Of a DNA stretch of 32,000 nucleotides, positions 25,574 to 32,000 are shown piece after piece; position 1 is the stretch's first letter; the number at the start of each line of letters is the position of its first letter. Made by a program: the position numbers and the translations under genes. The notes beneath the pieces are model-generated. The model had not been told where the DNA came from. It was given only the letters and a program-made list of their open reading frames with translations, and did no database searches. Source of the DNA: Patescibacteria group bacterium (GTDB lineage: Bacteria > Patescibacteriota > Minisyncoccia > UBA6257 > HR35); the NCBI GenBank assembly GCA_023480925.1, contig JAMCWY010000022.1, positions 1 through 32,000 of the forward strand, given 5' to 3'.

Positions 25574-27394
25574 TTATAAGCCTTTGTCCGCCGCGGCTTT
25601 TTTTAGAGCCATTAATTGTTCTAAGTCGGAACGAATAATCTGATCTTCGGCGTATGAACCGAGGATGTAAATCGGGACGCGCTTAAGGCCGGCGACGATA
25701 ATGCCGCGGCCGCGTTCGGCCTGAAGGAGAAAATTTTTTTCGCCCTCAGATAAAGCGAAAACTTGGCCAATTAGGTCGATCGTCGCCGGCGATTGTTTCA
25801 TCAAAAAAACCAGGGCCGAGTTGGTAATAATCGGTTTGCCGAAAGACGAGCTAAGAAAGTCCTCGACGTCTTGAGTAATATTGGTGACGCCCAGAAGATA
25901 TTTTCGGCCGCGCTTAATCACGTTCAAAAGAAACTCGCCGCCGGCTTTTTGTTTCATAATCCACCAGGCTTCATCGATGATGATGACCCGTCGCCGGACG
26001 TCGCGTCGGGCTCGATTCATAATAAAAGAAAGAGTCAGGTACATGCCGATTGGCCGAAGTTGTTCGACCAGATCGCGAAAGCCAAAAACAATCAAGCGCC
26101 GGTCCAGCTCAACGTTGGTGGGTTTGTTGATAAAACCGGAGAAGTTGCCTTGGGTGTAAGGATAAATTCGGTCGGCTATTTTTTCGCCGCCCTCGACGTT
26201 CCGGAGTATTTTTTCGAAGTCGTCGAGAGTCGGGAAGATATCGATTTTACTAATGTCGCTTTCGGGCAAAATATTAAACGAGGCGTAGGTTTGGGTTAGG
26301 GCCCGATCGATAATCGTCAGCTCTTCTGAATCGAGATCTTTTTCTGTGATGATTTGGATCAAACCAACCAGATCGGAAATTTTTTCTTTAAAGACTCCAA
26401 CCGGATCTTCATCCGCCAAAGGCAAAGAAAGATCGAATGGGTTGATGTGAAGATCGGATTTGAGCGAGACGGGGATAAAGCTGCCGGCGTAAATTTCAGC
26501 GATTGAACGGTACTCGTCTTCAGGATCGAGAATAATCGTGTCGGTGCCAAGGACCAGATTTCGCATTACTTCAAGTTTGGCCATGTAAGATTTGCCCGAA
26601 CCCGATCGGGCAAAAACAACCATGTGAGCGTTTTCAAAAGCGAAGCGGTCAAAAATAACCAGGCTGCTGTCTTGGAGATTGATGCCGAATAAAACACCTT
26701 GTTCCATTGAGAGTTCGGAGGAGATGAAAGGGAAAAAAGAAGAAGCGGGAGATGAGTTGAGTTGATAGCGGAGACTAATCTCGTCTAAGCCGAGCGGCGT
26801 GGTCGAGATAAACCCGGATTCTTGTTGAAAAAGAACAGTCTTGGGCAGTATCAGAGCGCTTTCAAGGATTTTTATCACTTGTTTTTCTTTAATGACAAGA
26901 TCGTCTTTAGTCTCGGCTAAAATCGTTAAATAAAGGCCAACCTCGAACATTTTCTCGCGCGCCTGGATCAGGGCGTCTCGAAGCGATTCGATGTCTTGGT
27001 AAGCGGTTTCGAGTTCGGGCGAGCGAACTAACCCACGCTCGACTCTTTCTTGAATTTGACCTTCGACTCGGGCAAGTTGTTTTTCGAATCTTTTCAAGAG
27101 CGCCGGTGTTTCTAAGGGGAAGAAAAAAAGAGAAAGATTAAAGGCTTCTTCAAGGGAAATAATGTTTTCAAGCCAACCAGCCAAAAGATAGCGAGGATAA
27201 GTCAAGATAAAAATCGTTTTGCCGAAAATGTCGCCGATTTGAAAATCGGAAAGATTAAAAATCGCGCCTGCCGGCGAAATTATTTCTTTAATATTCTCAA
27301 AGCCGGATGATTCTTTGACCGTTGGAATGACCAAGACTGGCTTATTCGGCTCGACCGCGCTTTTAAATTTCGGCAACTTTAAATTTAGCTTCAT
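25574..27394 (-). CDS. virB4: VirB4/TrbE/PrgJ-family T4SS ATPase, main part (middle domain plus ATPase domain)
   Basis: The 606-aa ORF has Walker A VVFARSGSGKSY and Walker B VIIIDEAWWIM (the DEAW typical of VirB4). The motif GVTNITQDVEDF is present. The pre-ATPase region carries the family pattern YPRYLLAGWLENI. Confidence 0.9.
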   Translation of the reverse strand: MKLNLKLPKFKSAVEPNKPVLVIPTVKESSGFENIKEIISPAGAIFNLSDFQIGDIFGKTIFILTYPRYLLAGWLENIISLEEAFNLSLFFFPLETPALLKRFEKQLARVEGQIQERVERGLVRSPELETAYQDIESLRDALIQAREKMFEVGLYLTILAETKDDLVIKEKQVIKILESALILPKTVLFQQESGFISTTPLGLDEISLRYQLNSSPASSFFPFISSELSMEQGVLFGINLQDSSLVIFDRFAFENAHMVVFARSGSGKSYMAKLEVMRNLVLGTDTIILDPEDEYRSIAEIYAGSFIPVSLKSDLHINPFDLSLPLADEDPVGVFKEKISDLVGLIQIITEKDLDSEELTIIDRALTQTYASFNILPESDISKIDIFPTLDDFEKILRNVEGGEKIADRIYPYTQGNFSGFINKPTNVELDRRLIVFGFRDLVEQLRPIGMYLTLSFIMNRARRDVRRRVIIIDEAWWIMKQKAGGEFLLNVIKRGRKYLLGVTNITQDVEDFLSSSFGKPIITNSALVFLMKQSPATIDLIGQVFALSEGEKNFLLQAERGRGIIVAGLKRVPIYILGSYAEDQIIRSDLEQLMALKKAAADKGL

Positions 27395-28023
27395 TTATAA
27401 TTTAACGTTGTCTGGCTTAATTGTTCAAAAAGTTGGATCGGCGCCAAACCCCAACGCAGGCTTGGGTTGTATGTTTCGAAAAGCAGTTGAATCAGCTCCG
27501 AAGTTTGAAGACGGATCGGCTGAAGACCAATGATGGAAAGTTTTTCGGAAAGGTAAACGATTCTGGTTTCAAGTTGTTCGAGTTTTTCTTCGTAGCGCTC
27601 TTCTTTGCTCGAATCGTTTTTGCGCAACTTGCTCATGTCTAAATTTGACTCGTAGGGGACGACCAGATAAAACATTTTTTTCATAATTTTGTGGTTTTCG
27701 ATATAACCGGCGAGAAATTCGATGTACTCTTGGAGTTGAAGCCGGATCAGCGGTTCTTTTTCGTTTTCCAAAACCGACTTAAGGTAGTTGAGATAATTTT
27801 CAATATTAGCCAAGCGCGAGACGGTTAAAATTTGAAGGGGAAAGTCAATGCCGTTTAGAAGATTTTTAAACTGGTCAATCACCAACTCTTTTTCTTTCTC
27901 GGCTAAGAGATAAAAATTTATTCCGGGCACCATTAAAACCGCCCGGAGACTACCGTTCGTTAAGATCATCGTATCGTCGCGAACATCCGCGACTTTAATC
28001 AAATTAAATGTCGGTTTTACCAT
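27391..28023 (-). CDS. virB4: VirB4/PrgJ N-terminal domain encoded as a separate ORF
   Basis: The 210-aa ORF follows the N-terminal pattern of full-length Gram-positive-type VirB4 proteins as I recall it. This includes I.V..VRDDTMILTNGSLRAVLMVPGINFYLLAEKEKELVIDQFKNLLNGIDFPLQIL, then ..FYLVVPY.. and ..LQTSELIQLLFETYNP. Its stop overlaps the start of the ATPase ORF (ATGA 27391-27394). Confidence 0.75.
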   Translation of the reverse strand: MVKPTFNLIKVADVRDDTMILTNGSLRAVLMVPGINFYLLAEKEKELVIDQFKNLLNGIDFPLQILTVSRLANIENYLNYLKSVLENEKEPLIRLQLQEYIEFLAGYIENHKIMKKMFYLVVPYESNLDMSKLRKNDSSKEERYEEKLEQLETRIVYLSEKLSIIGLQPIRLQTSELIQLLFETYNPSLRWGLAPIQLFEQLSQTTLNYK

Positions 28024-28661
28024 CGTCTTTTTGGAAATTTTGGTAAAGGAAAATTTTTATATGGATTATAGTTATTTAGGGTTGGTTGGAGCTTTTTGAC
28101 GACACTAATCAGGGGCTGGTTATTTATTCGGGTTTGGACCGGCGTCGCCGGTGCTGGCGGTTGAATTTTTATTTCTGGCTTCGGCGCGATTTGTTTTTCC
28201 GGGCCAAGCCATGGCGTTTCTTTGATTGTCGGAATCGGTTCGGCCGAGCTGATGGGCGGCGGCGGTGTTTTTGGTTTTCTAATTAATAATTGTTCCGTTG
28301 TCTCGATCTGTTTTTCTCCTGTGGGCGGTTCTTTTAAATATTTTTCCAATTCAGGCAACTCAATCGTTTTATTGACAATCTTGGTCATCGATTGCCAGAC
28401 ATATTTTCGGTTTGAACCAAAGAAGTAAAAAAGCGAAGGTAGCGACGATAGGACCGGTTTGCCGTTAAGATTAATGAAGCCCAGGGCGACAGCCAGACCA
28501 AACGAGATTATAACGATTATGAGTTCGATTAAACCGCCGACAACTTTGCTGCCGATATAACTGATAATAAAGGCGGCCAAAAATAAAAAGAGTTGTTTAA
28601 ACGTGACTAAGCCCATTAGCTTGTCTTCGACGCCGATGTATTGAGGAACGCTCGATCTCAT
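28017..28661 (-). CDS. PrgI/VirB3-like T4SS membrane protein with Pro-rich C-terminal extension
   Basis: The 214-aa ORF has an N-terminus (VPQYIGVEDKLMGLVTFKQLFLFLAAFIISYIG.. plus a second TM helix and ..YVW). This matches the PrgI-family pattern (P..I...E.K+.G.LT.RQL). It sits immediately upstream of VirB4, as in known T4SS loci, with a 7-nt overlap. Confidence 0.7.
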   Translation of the reverse strand: MRSSVPQYIGVEDKLMGLVTFKQLFLFLAAFIISYIGSKVVGGLIELIIVIISFGLAVALGFINLNGKPVLSSLPSLFYFFGSNRKYVWQSMTKIVNKTIELPELEKYLKEPPTGEKQIETTEQLLIRKPKTPPPPISSAEPIPTIKETPWLGPEKQIAPKPEIKIQPPAPATPVQTRINNQPLISVVKKLQPTLNNYNPYKNFPLPKFPKRRW

Positions 28662-28673
28662 TTTTAAATCTAA

Positions 28674-29540
28674 TTATAAATTAGAAAGATCGATCACGGC
28701 GCGATCTTTTTTTCCCGGTTCGGCCTTTTTAATGATGATTTTGGGGCCAAGATTGGATGAGTCTGACGATTGGTTTGGGCTTGGCGCGTTGGCTGGTTGG
28801 GTTGAACTTGGTTGGTTCGTCGGCCATTTAATCTCCTTAACGTTGACAAAGGTTGAATTTGAATCAGGCCGGTCGGCGTCTTTTAATTTAAGGTTAGTTG
28901 GTTCGGCCGGAATTTCCAAAATATTTTTTCCCAAAGGGTTAAAATTTTGATCCGCGCTCATCGGTTTCGGCGTCGCGCTCGTCGTCATCGGCTGGCTTTC
29001 TATTTTGATTGGTTCGGGTGGCTTGGCGATTGGTTCGGCCGGCGCTTGAAATGGTTCGCTTCCGTCGTCAAGAGAAGTTTGCTTTGGCGCCGCGGCGACA
29101 ACTCGGTTTTGGTTTAAATTCGGCGCGGCGCGATTAAGATTAATCACGGGAGAGTTCATTCTGGGCGTTTCTTGTTTCTTAATTTCGTCCAAGAGGGCTT
29201 GAATGTCGCTTTGTTTTTCCGCTTCGACTTGTTCGTTCCAGCTTTCCCACCTTTTTTTAATTAAAGGCAAAAAGCGGCTGAAAATAAAATGGCCGAGTCC
29301 GGATGCTTGCTCTTGATCGAAATTTAATCTTGATTTTATTTCAGCCACGATCGTGTTAATCGAGTCCGCCTCAATCGCTTTGACCGCGATGTCTCGGAGA
29401 AGAAAATCCAAAGCGATCTCGTTTTCTTCCAACTCAAACTTTTTCGCGTACTCGTCCAAGAAAGAAAAATAATTTTCCGAGTTGAGAAAATTCTTTATGC
29501 TTTCCGGCGCCTGGTTGTATTTTTCAAAAAAGTTTAACAT
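28674..29540 (-). CDS. Hypothetical protein: helical N-domain plus long Pro/Ser/Asn-rich tail
   Basis: The 288-aa ORF has no TM helix that I can see. Residues ~130-288 are low complexity (APKQTS.., PAEPIAKPPEPIKIESQP.., PSSTQPANAPSPNQSSDSS). It lies between the VirB6-like and PrgI-like genes with 23-nt and 12-nt gaps. Confidence 0.6.
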   Translation of the reverse strand: MLNFFEKYNQAPESIKNFLNSENYFSFLDEYAKKFELEENEIALDFLLRDIAVKAIEADSINTIVAEIKSRLNFDQEQASGLGHFIFSRFLPLIKKRWESWNEQVEAEKQSDIQALLDEIKKQETPRMNSPVINLNRAAPNLNQNRVVAAAPKQTSLDDGSEPFQAPAEPIAKPPEPIKIESQPMTTSATPKPMSADQNFNPLGKNILEIPAEPTNLKLKDADRPDSNSTFVNVKEIKWPTNQPSSTQPANAPSPNQSSDSSNLGPKIIIKKAEPGKKDRAVIDLSNL

Positions 29541-29563
29541 TAAAATAATTATGGGTTTAGCGG

Positions 29564-31663
29564 TTAATCTCTAAAATTAAGACCCAAACCATTGAGCGAA
29601 TACGGATTTCCACTATTATCTTTGACGTTTCCGATAATTGAATCAATGTGATTGGCTAATTCGTCGCGCGTGTTTTTGTCAGTTATATTTTTTCGAATTT
29701 CTTCGACAATGTCTTGGTTATTCTGGATCGCCGCCAGAGAATTAAGGGCGGCCGAGGCTTTATTTTGACTTTTCTGGTTACCCTGTTCAATTAAGGCAAT
29801 GGTCGCGGCTAATGTTTCTCCCGATGTTCCTTTAGCGGTCATCAAAGCGTTTAACTCGGGCGTTGCGACAAACCCGCGGTTGAAGAAACGGTCGTCGGTG
29901 AATCCAAGATTCTTGGCTATATTAAAGTGATCAAGGCGGCTGCCGAACTCCATTTTTTGGTTAGCCGGCATTTTCAGCCATGCGTCTGAGAGGATCTGGT
30001 TCGTACTTGTTCCCTTTGGTCCGCCCCACCCAGCGGTTTCGCTGGTTTGGCTTACGATTGGTTCAAGTTGATCCCAGCCGCCGGCGGAAGAGATGTTAAT
30101 TTTGGCCAAAGCCGCGATCATGCTTTCTTTGTCCGGAGAGTTAAAGCCTCGCCATTTTTTCGCCAAAACCGCTCTAAGTTTTTCATCTTTAAGGCTATCT
30201 TTGATGCCGGGTATGCCCGAGATATTTCTAACCCAATCTTCCGTGTCCCAATCAATGTCGGTGGATTGGAGAAAATTTTTGAGCACGCCGTAATTTTTGT
30301 CTTGAATTAAACTTGACATTGTTTCTTTAACCTTATCCGGGTTACCGCTGGTTTTTTCAACCAGAGCCTTACCCCGTATCTCTTCGCGTTCTTTTTTCGG
30401 TTTAAGTAACGATTCGGAAAGACTTTCAAGTTGTTTGGAAAACTTGGCCGTGCCGGCGATACCGGACGCGCCCATAGTCGTACTCCAATCTTTTAATTTA
30501 GAACCCATTTTTTCTCGGACTGGCGACATTGCCTTTTGGCTTGTCCATTTGATTCCGCCACCGATAACGTTGGCCCAAACTGTTCGAGCGGCGGTCATGC
30601 CGCCACCGGCGAACTTACCCGCCCAATCAATAGCGAAAATGATGGCGAAGCCGTAGTAAATAGCAATAAAGATAAAACGAAAAACGGTCATTAAAATATA
30701 TGGGCCAATGGCAAAGCTCGAACCGAGTAAGCCGCCGTTGACGCCGCTGCCGGCGCCTTGTTGGGCCGGCGCGACAAACGTGTTGTAAAAATCGCCTGTG
30801 GCTCCGCCAACACCGTTGGCGGAGCCGGTTGTGATCGGTTGGGTAAAGGCGGTTGAGATAAGACTGAAACCAACCAGAATCATTAATAATAGTATCGCTG
30901 GCAGAGCCGACCATTTTAAGAAAGATTGAATTGTTTGGTTCAGATGGTTGCTGTTTTTCCCGAACGCGGTTGAGACGATCGCGAGTGGCAGGAATCCAAC
31001 CAAAAGAGCAATAAAGATAAATCGACCGACAAAAATGCCGGCGAAGATAAACATAAAAGCGGTCCAAAGAAAAGAAAGAGCCAAACCGGCCAACTCAAAA
31101 GCAAGGTCGGGTACAACCCGCAATGTTTGGTTGGAAATATTGGCTGCGACACCTTGGGTCGCCTGTTCGGTTAACTGGCTGGGTGAGAAGTGAGAAAGGC
31201 TGGCAAAAATGGCTGTGCCGACATAATGGCAGTTATTAACGTCACTGCTGTTGGCGGGAGTGAAGAGACAGGCAAGCGAGTAGGTGATTGAGTTGAAGAT
31301 ATTAAATATTTCTTCGGCGAAAAAGAAAGAGAAGTTGATTAAGAGCGCGATTAAAATTAAGACAAAAATTTTCTTGCGCGCTTCTTCGCCGTGGTTAATA
31401 ATAAAAAGAATGCCGATATAGAGGCTGGCGAAAATAATGCCGAGATAGGCAATGTTTTTAAAAATTTTCCAAACCTGGGACGCGAAGTTTAGATCGGAAA
31501 AAGGATTGGCAACAGCAAAGGCATTGATCAAAAGCGCGGCCAGCCGGCCCAATATTTGGAAGAGAAAAGTGGTGATAGTATTCAAAATACCCAGAAACCA
31601 GATCAAGATTCCACCATACGTGTTGACGTTTATATTAAACAGATAAGATATAAATGAATCCAT
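29564..31663 (-). CDS. VirB6/TrbL-like polytopic membrane protein with ~300-aa C-terminal soluble domain
   Basis: In the 699-aa ORF, the first ~390 aa contain about 8 hydrophobic helices with a Gly-rich loop (GSANGVGGATGDF..GAGSGVNGGLLG). The position upstream of the VirB3-like and VirB4 genes matches VirB6/PrgH placement. The assignment rests on topology and synteny, not on a sequence motif. Confidence 0.55.
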   Translation of the reverse strand: MDSFISYLFNINVNTYGGILIWFLGILNTITTFLFQILGRLAALLINAFAVANPFSDLNFASQVWKIFKNIAYLGIIFASLYIGILFIINHGEEARKKIFVLILIALLINFSFFFAEEIFNIFNSITYSLACLFTPANSSDVNNCHYVGTAIFASLSHFSPSQLTEQATQGVAANISNQTLRVVPDLAFELAGLALSFLWTAFMFIFAGIFVGRFIFIALLVGFLPLAIVSTAFGKNSNHLNQTIQSFLKWSALPAILLLMILVGFSLISTAFTQPITTGSANGVGGATGDFYNTFVAPAQQGAGSGVNGGLLGSSFAIGPYILMTVFRFIFIAIYYGFAIIFAIDWAGKFAGGGMTAARTVWANVIGGGIKWTSQKAMSPVREKMGSKLKDWSTTMGASGIAGTAKFSKQLESLSESLLKPKKEREEIRGKALVEKTSGNPDKVKETMSSLIQDKNYGVLKNFLQSTDIDWDTEDWVRNISGIPGIKDSLKDEKLRAVLAKKWRGFNSPDKESMIAALAKINISSAGGWDQLEPIVSQTSETAGWGGPKGTSTNQILSDAWLKMPANQKMEFGSRLDHFNIAKNLGFTDDRFFNRGFVATPELNALMTAKGTSGETLAATIALIEQGNQKSQNKASAALNSLAAIQNNQDIVEEIRKNITDKNTRDELANHIDSIIGNVKDNSGNPYSLNGLGLNFRD

Positions 31664-31665
31664 GA

Positions 31666-32000
31666 TTAAATTTGAATTTTATTTGGACTGAATAAATTAA
31701 AAATATTCGCGACCAACCCGCCGGCTAACTTAAACGGCAGTTCAACCAAACCAAGAAGATGATCAAGAAATCCGCGGCCAGCGATTGTCGTTTGATTTTT
31801 ACTCCCATTGATATTAACCGCGACCGGTGGGCTGGTGGTAAAATCGTGAATTTCAGTGTTTAAGAACATAATGGCGCTTCTCAGGCTTGGGTCGCTTACT
31901 TTCGTTTCAAGATCATTTAGGCTTTTTTCAAGTGCTTGAATTTGCTGATTGATGTTGTCTAAATTAAAGTTGGTTTGGTCAATGTGGAGGTTGGTCAAGT
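31666..32000 (-). CDS. Hypothetical protein, 5'-partial (frame open to window end)
   Basis: The ORF stops 2 nt before the VirB6-like start. It has a coiled-coil-like N-part (NINQQIQALEKSLNDLETKV) and a hydrophobic or amphipathic C-terminus (FLDHLLGLVELPFKLAGGLVANIF). The listed TTG start at 31998 is probably an artefact of the window edge. Confidence 0.45.
   Translation of the reverse strand, partial: LTNLHIDQTNFNLDNINQQIQALEKSLNDLETKVSDPSLRSAIMFLNTEIHDFTTSPPVAVNINGSKNQTTIAGRGFLDHLLGLVELPFKLAGGLVANIFNLFSPNKIQI

Noticed and set aside
23502-31193. Nested or alternative-frame ORFs inside the T4SS-like genes (e.g. 23502-23864, 23572-23979, 25793-26299, 25881-26159, 28086-28428, 30047-30310, 30627-31067, 30948-31193)
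   Set aside because: They lie entirely within larger ORFs that have family motifs or coherent TM topology. Their products are Arg/Pro/Ser-rich, as expected for off-frame translation, and have no start context or independent support.
21830-32000. Interpretation of the T4SS-like locus as part of an integrative conjugative element or plasmid
   Set aside because: This is tentatively rejected. There is no relaxase, coupling ATPase, integrase, partition gene or flanking repeat in the window, and the locus directly abuts yidC-rnpA-rpmH-dnaA. The upstream side lies outside the window, so this remains open.
1-32000. Alternative genetic code (UGA recoded, as in some CPR lineages)
   Set aside because: Conserved genes read through at full length with code 11. 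TGA functions as an apparent stop, for example at rpmH (20948-20950) and the VirB4 N-part (27391-27393). No conserved gene is interrupted by in-frame TGA.
1-32000. CRISPR arrays, rRNA genes, IS elements/transposases, DGR-type template/variable repeats
   Set aside because: I scanned intergenic and coding regions by eye for regularly spaced direct repeats, inverted terminal repeats and reverse-transcriptase or transposase-like ORFs and found none. The longest intergenic regions (about 110-200 nt) contain only promoter-like or terminator-like sequence. A computational repeat search would be needed to fully exclude short or diverged repeats.

Overview
This is a gene-dense bacterial chromosome segment with low GC (about 40% by hand spot counts) and the standard genetic code. 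Most gene junctions are short gaps or overlapping stop/start codons. It carries the replication-origin block: dnaA-dnaN on the minus strand, divergent from rpmH-rnpA-yidC. Housekeeping genes include lysS, gatA, trxB with a glutaredoxin-like redoxin, a class A PBP, HtrA, a cysteine desulfurase and a KH-domain protein. Type IV pilus genes are scattered: two PilB-type ATPases, one PilC and one prepilin-like protein. There is one tRNA-Leu(CAA). The gene content and the many unassignable small membrane proteins suggest a streamlined CPR/Patescibacteria-type genome, but that lineage call is inference only. The main finding is an 11-ORF, single-strand, translationally coupled operon at 21830-32000 (minus strand, running off the window end). 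It encodes a minimal type IV secretion-like apparatus. Components are a VirB6/TrbL-like polytopic protein with a large soluble tail, a PrgI/VirB3-like protein, a VirB4 ATPase split into two coupled ORFs, and a pilin-like TM hairpin fused to a 3D/MltA-like cell-wall lytic domain. At least five further membrane or secreted proteins have no recognisable family. No relaxase, coupling protein, VirB11 or integrase is visible, and the locus abuts core origin genes. Secondary observations are a ~54% GC RuvC-like gene remnant just 3' of the tRNA-Leu (possible island boundary), a CorA-family protein with GMN replaced by GLG, a long-leader prepilin, weak DnaA boxes in the dnaA-dnaN spacer, and several unusual gene overlaps. 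I saw no CRISPR array, rRNA or transposase.
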